Assembly (NCBI GenBank): GCA_900617105.1
Contig: UYFQ01000609.1
Coordinates: forward strand, 62,001-124,550
From: Hydrurus foetidus
Lineage: Eukaryota
Reading direction: 5' to 3'
DNA length: 62,550 nt
This document shows, piece by piece, positions 1 to 11,827 of the stretch. Every line of letters begins with the position of its first letter. The first letter of the stretch is position 1. The position numbers and the translations under genes were made by a program. Under the pieces are notes generated by a model. The model saw only the letters and a list, made by a program, of their open reading frames with translations. It searched no databases and was not told where the DNA came from.

Positions 1-3000
1 AATCATCGAAGTAGCAAGTGTTGAGTGGCAGATATTCTGTCTTGTACACAGTCGTGGAGCATGTCGCATCCTCCTTGTTGTGGTAGCTACATGAGATGTG
101 GATAGGATAGGTGGGTCAGTCACTTACATGCTAGGAGCAGTGGCTGCTTTTGTGCCACCCGACAGCATGAAGTGAGAAGAAGATATGGTAGGGAGTGGTA
201 TATGGCTGCGACGATAGTGTAGCGTGGGATTACACTGCACGATGTGATGTAGGACCAAAGAGGATCAGAGACACTGAGAATACATGGATATGAAATTGGT
301 AATGGAAATGGTAGGCTGGCTGGCCGGCCATGACGCACGAAAGACTGATGATGGGCACTGACCTGATACTCGCCATGGGAAGTGATGAAGGAGGAACACC
401 ATTCGAGTTGACTACAGCTAGTTTCGTCGTTCCGTAGATGTAACCATCATCGCATGTGCCCGTGTAGTCTAAGTAAGTAGATCCAAGCGTCGATACCGCG
501 GTCATGCACAACGAGTCGGAGTATTCCGTACGAGCGATGGTGTATGGAGTGGCGGTGTATTTCACGTATCGACTCTCCCCTGACTGACTTTCATACTCGT
601 TGCAAGAGTTCAATGGATAAGACACAGCCGATGTAATCGTGGTGCATTTATCGTCGCTGTATTGAGCTCTGACGAAGTATCCGCTCAGTTGCAACGTGAG
701 TGCTAACGAGAAGGCAGTGGGGGCGAGTGACGGGACAAGACTTGCAGTGCCCGGAACAATTTGATACTTCACGCCACCACTGGAGCAAGCACCAAAAGTG
801 TAGGTTTCAATGGTGTACTCCCTGGTGCATAAGAAGTCACGAGGCGAGTACGTCAATTTCGACAGAGTCGATCCTGGATAAACCAAAAATCAAAAGTGGT
901 CAGATAATTCAAACATGGATCGCGACATTTGTACATCAAGATGCACAGACATGGAACAGTCAGTGCTGTACCACTTCCATCATTTGCGACACGATTGCGC
1001 TACAATACACAAAGAAGCAGCCTCACGCGCACAGAGGCTCATACGCTTTTCTCGAGACAAACATAAACAACAACGTAAGCATAGAACTCGTAGGCGACAG
1101 GAGGCAAAACGATTTCTGACAGGATGCAATGACGCACATGATCGAGCAAATATGCGCGCACTCTCAGTGATGCTTAATTTGTTGCATACATATATCGCAT
1201 CACTTACACACACACACATGCAGAATATGACAGGCAGAATATAGGAGGCTGCACTTTTTCATACACTCACAAATACAAATAATAATCGAGACAGACATAT
1301 GCTACGATACTCATCAAAGGTGACAACCATAGATTGCATTTCTAATGAACATAAACATCTATATAATTGACTTGACAGACCTCCTAACTTTAGCATCGCA
1401 CTTCCATAGCAAGTGTTGAGTGGCAGATATTCTGTCTTGTACACAGTCGTGGAGCATGTCGCATCCTCCTTGTTGTAGTAGCTACATGAGATGTGCATAG
1501 GATAGGTGGGTCAGTCACTTACATGCTAGGAACAGTGGCTGCTTTTGTGCCACCCGACAGCATGAAGTGAGAAGAAGATATGGTAGGGAGTGGTATATGG
1601 CTGCGACGATAGTGTAGCGTGGGATTACACTGCACGATGTGATGTAGGACCAAAGAGGATCAGAGACACTGAGAATACATGGATATGGAGTTGGTAATGG
1701 AAATGGTAGGCTGGCTGGCCGGCCATGACGCACGAAAGACTGATGATGGGCACTGACCTGATACTCGCCATGGGAAGTGACGAAGGAGGAACACCATTCG
1801 AGTTGACTGAAGATATACTAGACGATTTCCTAGTTTCAGAATCACCAACGCATGTGCCCGTGTAGTCTAAGTAAGTAGATCCAAGCGTCGATACCGCGTT
1901 CATGCACAACGAGTCGGAGTACATTGTTGTAGCAATTGCATATGCAGTAGCGGTGTACTTCACGAAATAACCTACACTTTCCGGGTGATAGTTGCAAGAG
2001 TTCAATGGATAAGACACAGCCGATGTAATCGTGGTGCATCTATCGTCGCTGTATTGAGCTCTGACGAAGTATCCGCTCAGTTGCAACGTGAGTGCCAACG
2101 AGAAGGCGGTGGGGGCGAGTGACGGGACGAGACTTGCGGTGCCCGGGACAATTTGATACTTCACGCCACCACTGGAGCAAGCACCAACAGTGTAAGTTTC
2201 AATAATGTATTTACCGCTGCAGTTAAGCTCTCTTACATTTGTGGTCAAATACTCACGGTAGATCAGCGTCGATCCTGTTACAGATATGTGTGTTGCGAGA
2301 ACAGATCCAGCCAAATATGAAGTGACTGCACCACTTGAGGCGAACATACATGCTAGGACACGAATAGAAGACAAAGCAGACTGCAGTCACACACACGCAC
2401 ATTAATTCATATCACACACATGCACATTAATCCATATCCTACTCGAGACAGACATGTACAACTTGAAGACAGAATAAGAGAAGGTAAAAGGAATCACACA
2501 AACAAGCATGACTCGTGACATACGCATCATCTAACATGCACATAGGATTCAAAAGACAAGTATCGGAAGACACACACGCACATGCACACGCACAGGCATG
2601 ACAAATAAGATGCAAAAAGGAAAACACATAGGGAGACGGTAGAGTTAGTATGAAACAACACACGGGCCTCATCCAATAACTGACAATCTCGAGATGTTAG
2701 ACGTGACTGACCTGATATTTTTAGCATCGTGTTTTGATCGCAAAAGTTGAGTGCCTGATACTGTACCTTGTATACATTCGTGGAACATGTTGCATCCTTG
2801 TCGTTGTAGTAGCTATATGAGATATGGAGAGGATAAAGAGATTAGTCAGATACATGCTACAAACACTGTCTGCTTTGTGCAAACCGATTGCATGAATTGA
2901 GAAGAAGATGTGGTAGTCATTAGTAAATGGCTGTAATGATAGTGTACAGTGGGATCACACTGTTCGATAATAAAATACACCATCCTACAGAAGACAGATG

Positions 3001-3608
3001 TTCACTCACCTGATACTCGCCATAGTAAGTGACGAAGGAAGAGCACCATTGGAGTTGATTAAAGACAGAGTTGATTGCCTCTGAGGCATCGTAGTACACG
3101 TGCCCGTGTAATCGATGTAGTCAGCCAGTGATTCTTTCGCAGAGCATAAACGGTCGGAGTATTTTGTCTCAGATTCAGCTTCTGCAGTTGCAGTGCTTTT
3201 CAGAAAAAACTTTCCGTAATCGATGCATGTGTTCAATTCATAAGCTACTGCCGACATGACTGTGCGGCATTTATCATCAATGTAAACAGCAGTAACATAA
3301 TATCCATTCAATAGCGATGTCGTCAATTGTCGGTGAGTTTGATCAGAAGAGGTCGGAGTCCCATCACTTTTGAATATCATATCGAAAACAGAATTTTCAT
3401 TTCGCCTGATAGTGGTGATGACCTGCTGATTCCTGATAACATCTTCATTAAGAGACGATTTGATCGGTAAATAATCCGCAGCTGGATATGACTGATGGCG
3501 TAGAGAAGTTGCGCAGACCAGCTCAGGTAGGAAAAGAAGCATCAAATTGATGCCGAAAGGCGCACGCATTTCCAGTAATTGCTTACAATGCGTGGACAGC
3601 CCTGACAT
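1..3608 (-). CDS. Multi-exon putative secreted/surface protein with Cys-containing tandem repeats (3' part outside window)
   Basis: Hydrophobic N-terminus (MRAPFGINLMLLFLPELVCA), then recurring YSDxxC / YxLNxC modules. Predicted exons ~3608-3010, 2812-2712, ~2340-1758, 1481-1381, ~875-363 and 86-<1, with GT-AG junctions (e.g. introns 3009-2813, 1757-1482, 362-87). Confidence 0.65.
11..2190. repeat. Tandem duplication of an exon-intron-exon cassette, period ~1395 bp
   Basis: 11-~810 aligns with ~1408-2190, including a near-identical 276-nt intron. A more diverged third copy lies at ~2740-3310. Confidence 0.9.
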
Positions 3609-4541
3609 ATGAAGAAGTTTTGACGAAGTCTTACAGTCGAGTTTATCCTGCGTTGGACCATATGCAATACCGTCGAGTGCCCTTTGTTTTGTATAACAAA
3701 ACGGTAATCTGTATAATCAGACCGTCATATACACCACGACCTGATTTATCAACTCTGGCATTGCAACCTCATTATCTCAGTCAGTACACCAAACCACACC
3801 TTCCCAAATGGCACTGTAATTTGATGGTGTTCAGGTCGATAATTTCTGTCTCGAAGTCGTGAAATTTCATTTAGAAACGTCGTGCAATTACGGATCGTAA
3901 AAGGTGGCATAATTCGAGATTCCTTCAGGAAATTGCAAATTTTGAGCAGAGGGCCGACCTGAGGTGACTTGTGGCTACTTCAGAGCATTCATCCCTCGAT
4001 GAACAAAATGAATTTGCAATAAAACACCAGTTACTGTGATTTCATTTGACGTCTGGACGTGCATAAATATTTAGGTGATATGCCGCGTGAAATCATGGAA
4101 TACCTTCCAGAGATTGACTATGCATCGTGCATGCTAGCAATAGTACTTGTGAGGCATACTGTAGATAAGGAAAATGTGAATCAGCAATGGTCTGCCGAGC
4201 AACTGAGCATTATAATGAATAAAATGCAGTGGGGAAACAGTGCTAATTTTGGAGTGGATTACTTGGCGCTAAAGCATGGAATGAATCTGTTCTCAACAGA
4301 GTTGAAGAGAAGAGGTGCAACATGCATTACACTCTTTCAACAGGAGAAATCGATGATTCCGTTCTTCAGTTTAGAAGGTCATACCAGAAGCATTGAAATA
4401 AAATTCACGTCATACTCCTGTCCTATGTTTTTACAAGAGAGCGATTTATTGTCCACCGTGATGAGTGTTCGAGTCGTAATATTAAGATAAAGCAATTATC
4501 CACCGTCAGTTCATAGTTCTCCTTCTGCTGTCCTCGGTACC

Positions 4542-6790
4542 TTGCATTTTAAACCATTTAAAAGTCCCTTCTATGTTGAACCGGAAAAGAAGAAAATCAT
4601 TTCAAAATCTCCGAATAAATTAGGTGACAGAACAATAAGAAAAAATAGAGATAAATTGATAAGTGATGCAGATGATTCATTCGGAAAAAAACATTCTGTT
4701 TTTTATCTAGAATCCGCACTGAAAAAAGCGAAAAGAAGACAAGACAGTGAAATAAAATTAAATGAAAGAATTGAGATAAATGTAGAAAATGTAGAGAATG
4801 ATAATCAAACAAATCCTCTTGCAGAGGATGAAATTGTCGAGAATAATAATGAAATTGATCTTCTTCCAGAGAATGCAATTTTAGAGAAGAATAATAATGT
4901 GGATCTTCTCGGAGAGGATGCAATTGCAGAGAATAATCATATAGATCTTCTTGCAGAGGATGAAATAGATGACGACATAAGAGTAATAAATGCATTAAAA
5001 GATTTACCAAGTAAAAATGTGCTATTCTCGGAAGCAGATCAGAAAAATGTGTTGCTTCTCTTCGATGTAGTCAAAAGCGTAGCCATAGAAAGAGACTATG
5101 AGAGTCCTGTAATCGTAGCCGCCGAAATCACCGAGAAGGCATTGAAAAGTAAAAGTTATTACTCAACTATTTCGGCAAGAACCATTGGTCGATGGTTCTC
5201 ATTATCTGAAAAAGAGAAAAACAGATCCGGAAGAAAAATTAATACGGTTTTTGAGGCAGAAGTATGGGGTAATCTGATGATGTGTGTATTCGAGAAAAAT
5301 GAGGACAAGGAGGTGAGCTATCAAAAACTAATTACTTATTGCATTTATGAAGTAATAGTATCAGTTAAAAAAGTTATTAATTGAAATAATAGTAACTTCA
5401 TAACCTAATAAAAATCAATTACAATAATCAATATGGTACTAGGACTCGGTACGGATCATGGTAAATGTGACTTACTCCTATTCAATAGTTGAGAGGGCAG
5501 CAAATGCAGTAAAGAATAGATATTGCTGAAAAGATAATGAGAAAGTGCAGCAATTAAAGTTTTCAAATAAATGGATAAAATTATTTCTAAAACGCGGTGG
5601 TGTTACTCGACGCAAAATTACGAGGGAGGATAAGGCAGTTCCCAGTGATCAGGAAATTCACAAAATATTGAGTGTTGGACAGAAATGTTACATTGAAAAA
5701 GGACACAGCCCACAAACATGCTTCAATTTCGACGAAACAGCATTTACCTATGCAATCGGCCCTACACATAATTACTGCCCTATTAATCAGCCTAGAGCAA
5801 CGAATATAGGCATCTCGAATGCAAAACTCAGAATTACAGCCGTAATTGCAGTTAATGTGCTTGGCGAGTTCGCTCCCCTGATGCTCATTGTGAAGCATTC
5901 TGTGAGCTCCGAGAAGCGTGCTGATCAGACGGGCATGACAGTCATACGTGATTTACATAAAAAAGAAGGTTTTAGAGAATACTAAAAATTTGGCAAAAGG
6001 AAATTACGTTGAGAGGTGTTAAAGCTCTTCACAAAATAATATATATAATTCATGTTGAAACGGGCCATGTCATTACTAGTCAAGTGAAGGCATGGAATGA
6101 TACGGTTAGGATGGTATTATGGTTCGAAGTGATAATTAAAACACTAAAAGAAAAATTAGGTAAAATATTAATATGGTGTGATAACTGTGGTAGTCATAAA
6201 ACATCTAGTGTGTCTGATGTCATCAATGAAGTCGGTGCAGATGTTTATTTTTTACCAAAAAATATGACTGGTGAGTTACAGGTCCTAGATCTCGTTTCAA
6301 TGGCCCTTTGAAGGCACACATTCGAACGATCCGAGCTAACAGATTATACGAAAGTTTTCAAGAATATAAAATGAATAGAACAAACAAGAATATATCAACA
6401 AAATTCGAACCACCAAAGCCAACAATGATAGAGGGAATAAAAGACCTGATACTGCTCTTTAAGGAGCAGATTACGGAGGCAAAATTTAAAGATTGCATAA
6501 ATCGTACATTCATTAAGACAGGAACATTACCCACTAACTTTGATGACAACAGCGAGGTTGAATTTGTCGTTTATAAGAAGGAATCTTTGTGTGGGACGAT
6601 GGTCATTGTCCCAGAGGGTACTCTAGATCTCGACATCGATGAGGAAATCAATACTGAAAATTCGGACGAGAATGCACTACCAAATGATTTAGAATCTTTA
6701 GAAAGAGCTGTTATCAACTACTACATAGATAACCAAGAAACAATTTTTGCAGAAAATGACACCGATGAAAGTGACTATGATTCTATGTGA
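4542..6790 (+). pseudogene. Disrupted pogo/DDE_1 transposase (DD35D)
   Basis: Motifs FSNKWIKLFLKR, FNFDET, WCDNCGSH and LPKNMTGELQVLD are spread over several ORFs. Likely intron 5312-5442, in-frame stops near 5527 and 5983, frameshift near 6295. ORF 4059-4490 may be an upstream part. Confidence 0.85.
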
Positions 6791-7106
6791 AGACTTCTTT
6801 CTTTGATTTCATTTGTTCTCTTTCGCATCATTTGATTTAATTAATTTTGATTAATTTTGATTTATTTTATACGTTTTAATTTTATTTTCATTCAATTTGT
6901 TTCATTTCAGATTGTTATATTTTATTTTGTCTCATTTCGTACTTTGATTTAATCAATATTGTAATGTATTATGCTTTATTTTATTATATCACAATTACAC
7001 TTTGGATTCCCATTAAGACTTCAAACGCTTGTCACCTTTTTAGAGATAGAGCAATTAATAGGATTTAATTATCAGCCGTGAAAAACAGGTTTATATGAAA
7101 ATCAAG

Positions 7107-7463
7107 TCAAGCATCAGTGCAGCACAGCTTAATCATCCGTAGGGGATTCAATCCTTGAGTGTTTAAGATATGAAACATTTTATCAGTAAAGATATCACTG
7201 TTGATAGAATAGACAATAATATTTACGAAATATCCTTCAGCTTTGTGATGAGAGTCCTCCTCTACTTGGCATTGAAATCGAAAACCTAACTCATACGCAT
7301 TGCATTCCGGAAGACTAACATTTTCAACATCCATCAAACTAGCCAGCACTAACGCTACTTCTCGGCTGACATTTCCAATCCTTTCTCTGAGCATATAAGT
7401 ACTTGGAGGAGTTGGAGGACTGTCGATTGGCGCCAGAATTTGTATGCAATTTGAATCTGTCAC
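7107..7463 (-). CDS. Unknown ORF remnant inside the pogo element, convergent with the transposase
   Basis: 118-aa ORF, with coding-like but broken sequence continuing to ~7800. No family recognised. Confidence 0.25.
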   Translation of the reverse strand: MTDSNCIQILAPIDSPPTPPSTYMLRERIGNVSREVALVLASLMDVENVSLPECNAYELGFRFQCQVEEDSHHKAEGYFVNIIVYSINSDIFTDKMFHILNTQGLNPLRMIKLCCTDA

Positions 7464-8284
7464 GTGAGTAAGTGAACGTCAGATTTCAGTTAACAGATTC
7501 AGGAATCATCTGAAGGAGCATGAACGAGAATGCATCTGGACAACTAACCATGCGCATTTAAGGGATCTCTTCTAAAAGTACAAATCGTTCCTTTTTGAAC
7601 TTTCAGTCCCCTCCTTAGAGCGAATGCACCCTTGCAACGGCTTCTCATCTCGAGAATAGGACGCATCATGTGAAGTTGTCTTGGTGAAAGAATCCTTCAT
7701 GAAAAGTGGTGTTTTATATCAGATTCCGGATTCAAAGTACATCGAAAAACGTCTGCCAAATTTCCTCATCATGATTCGTCGATAAAGTTAGCTTGCAAGC
7801 TATGAGAAATTCAAAATCAGTTTGTGACTCGAAGCGCTCACCAGTAAATTTCAGATGCAATTTGGAATTGGAGAGTCTGCGAAGAATACCAAGCTAAAAC
7901 GGCGTTGCTATCTCGACAACGCAAGAAACGGGACTCAAATCGATGACTTCTAGCGTGAGTTGTGGTATGTGGAGTAGTTGTGCTGGTACATCATCGATAG
8001 CATTCACAAGATGCAGGATTACCCTTTTATTTACCCCACACCGTACAGACGAAAACAAAACAAAGGGCACTCGACGGTATGCATATATATATTGTGGGGG
8101 GGGGGCGCGTATCAACGTGCCAGGTGGGGGATAAAACTAAACTGTAAACTGTATACTGTATACTGTATATACAGTCATGTGTCAGTTAGATACGTCACTT
8201 GAAGGTATGGAATTCATCCTATTTAGATGAACAGTTCATGCGTACAGGACATTTTATGTGACGTAGCATTGATTATGGCAGTAA

Positions 8285-8514
8285 GGCCACAATTCACGGG
8301 AACGATAAACGTCTCCGATAAAATTTTACGATAAAATATTTTATCGGTTTTCAATTAATTCTACCGTATTTCGTGTTCGGTGGCCCTTTTTTTACGATAG
8401 ATTCCGGATTCTATCGTAAAAAGAAGGTTCACCGAAAAAACTGACATGAAGTTATTGAAAACCGATAAATCGATACATCGAAAGGAGACGTTTATCATTC
8501 CCGTGAATAGTGGC
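8285..8514. mobile_element. Tourist-like (PIF/Harbinger-type) fold-back MITE
   Basis: GGCCACAATTCACGGGAACGATAAACGTCTCC is inverted as GGAGACGTTTATCATTCCCGTGAATAGTGGC. TAA flanks at 8282-8284 and 8515-8517 (right end one base short); the interior is also inverted. Confidence 0.8.
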
Positions 8515-8810
8515 TAATCATCGGATCTGTGACCCCCAAAATGATAGTCCCCAAAATAATAGTCCCCCCAAAATTAGACCCCCTAAAACCATTCTGGGAC
8601 TGCAGGAATACGGTCATATCTCTGCAATTCTAGCTCCGTATTATTTGTCATCTCTTATATAGAGGTGGAACCACCATAAAGGTTTATCCCCCAATTTTAT
8701 TCTAAAAATTGCATATTTGCATATATATTTTGATGTACAAAAAAATAGGCAGTTATTCGTAGGTGACGTTTCCTTCTTACCCACCATCTAGTGAGACATG
8801 AATTTGAAAT

Positions 8811-11159
8811 TTGACCGTCAGTCAGACCCAGTTTCCCAACTTAGACGTGTGGTCAACTATCATCTGTAACTCTCTATTCACTATTGTATCATCTACAAGA
8901 GATAAAGAAGCGAAAATGTTCTCTCAGTTAACCTCTTCGTCTGCATCTGCGACAGCTTCGTCTTCATCTTCATCGGTATCGTCGTCTCTCTATCAAAAGC
9001 CACTCGAGGCGAACAGTTTCAGACAGCCTGACGGTCCAATTGTGCAGTTCGTCTGGATTGTGGGAAAATCTAAAGGGAACAACTTGTACGAGTGCAAACT
9101 CTGTAAAGCACGGTTTCAGGGGCAGCGAGCGATTGTGTGTACTCACTTCGAGAAAAGTTTCAGTAGTCAGCGAGTTCGCGAGTGCACATCTGTACAACCG
9201 CAGCTACTACGAGAACAGATAGAGGCCTCTTCAGAAGTCAAGAAAAAAGAGCTTCTTCAATCTGAGAGAAAAAGGGCGTACTGTGATATGACTCAACCCG
9301 ATATCGGGTCTGCCATAGCATCTCTAGGCAGACCTACCGCCGACTCAGCGATACTGCAGTTCATTGTTACTTGCGGAGTAGCCCCGTTAATCGTTGAACA
9401 TCCTGCATTCCGGAATCTCATTACGTCTTTAAGAGATGCAGGTCCATCATACAAGCCTCCAAAACGTCATGAATTCGGAGTCAATTCCTCGTCTGTGGCG
9501 AGTAATATGCAAGATAATCCGCACAGCTTAGGCAGAGTGTTGCATTCAGAGTTAAGTCGAGTGAGGCACGCGAAGGATCTACTTCTATCAGGATTATCAT
9601 TCATTGGTGGAACTTTATGCAATGATGGAGCTAAGTGGAGAAAGAGAAATCTGATAAATTCCGTTTTGATGACATCGCTTGGAAGCTATTTTGCTCAATC
9701 GACGGATGCTACTGGACATTTTAAGGACGCAAAGTATTTGTTGGAAGACATTAGAGGTGCGATTAAGAATGTTGGGGAAGAAAAAGTATTTATTGTGGCT
9801 TTGGATGGTGCATGTAAGAGTACGATGAGAATGATTTGGGAGGATCCAACTATGCACAAGACATTCCCGCAAAGATGCTCGACCCATGGGTGTAACTTAT
9901 TATTGTCGGATATAGGAAAGCTATTTCTGTGGGAAGTGAACATCTGCATCCGTCTCGTCAAGTTCATACTCAACCACGACTCTGTTTACGCCCTCTTCAA
10001 GAAATTGCCCGACACCTTGATGCTTCTAGGGACATGTGACACGAGGTTCGGTTCTACGATCTATTGCCTCGATCGAATCAAGGCAGACGAATCTGCGATC
10101 AAGGAGTTTTGGTCCTCCGCATCATTACGGGAATGTTTGCAGCGCTCCTCAAATGAGCCGCTGAAGGCAGAGCACAAGAGATTGGAGAGTGAATTCATCT
10201 ACAGCCAAGATACTTGGGATCGAATTGGAGTCTTCCTGGATATTGAGGTACCTATCAGAGTTGCGTTGAGAATTTCCGACAGTCACAAACCTAACCTGGC
10301 GCAAATGGTTCCGATGTTTGACCAAGCTCAGACTAAAAGCCTGAAAGCAGCGAGGAGAGCAGCGATCAAATTTCCACAGCACTACACAGCTATGGAGGAG
10401 AAGATCGAAGCACTCTTCGTGAAAAGAAAGGTGGATATAGTGACTAAATTGTGTCTCGCAGCATCAATGGTTCTCCCAATTCATATATTTAGAGACGATG
10501 GCAAAACTTATACTCCAGCAGGGGGCAAAACAGCGATCAATGAGGTCATCGACCGATATTATCCGTCACCGTCTGACCAATTGAAAGCTCTCGTAGTACT
10601 CGAGAATCTCAGAACAAGAGTCGATATTTTCGGAAGCGATAGAATGAGGCAGTCAGCGATGACCCTCCCTCCAGATGATTTCTACAAAGTGGCTTGCGCT
10701 GTATCGGAAGATATTATTGGACTCGAGCTCTTCCGGAAATTAGTCAATGGTTACAGCGGCCAGGGAGAGTCTGAAAGGATGAATAAGCAAGTTAAAAAAT
10801 TCAGAACCACAGTGAGAAACAAACAGACTCATGCAGTTACAGCAGCGTATATGGAGCTCGATACTACCTACAAATTAATAGAGAGCAGACAGCATGAACC
10901 TGTCAAAGCTCAGTTTCTGGACCTTCTGATGGATGCTTTTTAGGATATAGAAGACGAGATTGAAGCTGAGCAGATTGCATTGGATGATGCTGCGGCTGAA
11001 TGCGAGGCTAGAGATATCTTTGAAGAGGAAGGAGAAGATTCTCAAGTAGAAGCCCCAGATGTTTTTCGTAATGCAATGCTTAATTTACTTAAGAACGTGC
11101 CAGCAACAGTGAACGATGCAATAGTGCACGATGGATATGATTCTAACTACGACGATTAA
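8811..11159 (+). CDS. hAT transposase (BED zinc finger, DUF659-type core); premature TAG at 10941-10943
   Basis: CKLC...H BED finger, TLCNDG, CSTHGCNLLLSDI (CxxH), TRFG and ESERMNK motifs. Likely ATG at 8916. The frame stays open after the TAG with an acidic tail to TAA at 11159. Confidence 0.88.
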
Positions 11160-11307
11160 AAAGTAATTTAAATTATGATTTATTATGTGTCCTGCTTTGA
11201 TTGCGAGAAGTAAAAAATTGTGAGCTGTGAGCATCGCTGTGTGCAGCAAAACATATTCCGATATGTTTGAACAACGTTGCGATGTTGATAAAGAAAAGTT
11301 GCATGCG

Positions 11308-11393
11308 AAAAAGGCCGTGGAATTGATTTCGCCGGGCTTCGAACCCGCCACCGTTATAAGGTCCGACCGCTCTACCAAGTGAGCTATCCGGGT
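11308..11393 (-). ncRNA. tRNA-derived Pol III-like unit / tRNA pseudogene
   Basis: Minus strand reads CCCGGATAGCTCACTTGGTAGAGC (A box, D stem GCTC/GAGC), then GGGTTCGAAGCCC (B box, T arm), then TTTTT. The anticodon and acceptor stems do not pair. Confidence 0.65.
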
Positions 11394-11640
11394 ACTCTCT
11401 GACGGTCTCTCTTTACACACAGATATATATTTAAATAAATTGTCTTCGAGCCCTATACTTAGAACTTAGAACTTGTACAGTTAGCGACACGTAGCAAAAA
11501 TACGAGATACAAATACTTTTCGTGGGAGTTGCATATATACGGTGCATATATATAATTTTCTTGAAAGTGCATATATCGCATATATATAAAAAAAAATTTG
11601 CATATGGGCCAACGCAGAGTTTATCAGACAAGAATGATGC

Positions 11641-11826
11641 TGTTGATCAGCGTACATTACATAGTTCGTACACTCCGCGTCGTACGATAATAGATTCAAA
11701 CACATGCAGTGCAGTCACAGTAGTTCATAGTGTATTTCTCATTCCACGCATAATTTAATTCCAACACACGCGAAACACGTAAATTCGTTTCACATTTGGT
11801 ACGCAATCAAATCTGCGTCATCAACA
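11641..11826 (+). repeat. copia 5' LTR
   Basis: TGTTGA...TCAACA inverted termini; direct repeat of 22972-23157. Confidence 0.96.
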
Positions 11827-11827
11827 G

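Larger units (their letters stand above)
3670..8077 (+). mobile_element. pogo-like (Tc1/mariner) DNA transposon nested in the hAT left end
   Basis: 23-bp perfect TIRs CCGTCGAGTGCCCTTTGTTTTGT (from 3670) and its reverse complement ending 8077. TA TSD at 3668-3669 and 8078-8079. Confidence 0.93.
3648..11617 (+). mobile_element. hAT DNA transposon (host to nested pogo element and MITE)
   Basis: 20-bp TIRs CTGCGTTGGACCATATGCAA (3648-3667) and TTGCATATGGGCCAACGCAG (11598-11617), one mismatch. 8-bp TSD AGTTTATC at 3640-3647 and 11618-11625. TGCATAT subterminal repeats; encodes a hAT transposase. Confidence 0.92.

Noticed and set aside
10941..10943. Stop-codon readthrough or alternative genetic code in the hAT transposase
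   Set aside because: Host genes end normally at TAA, TAG and TGA; an isolated TAG-G is more simply a nonsense mutation.
11325..11393. Functional tRNA gene
   Set aside because: Acceptor and anticodon stems cannot form; kept only as a tRNA-derived unit.
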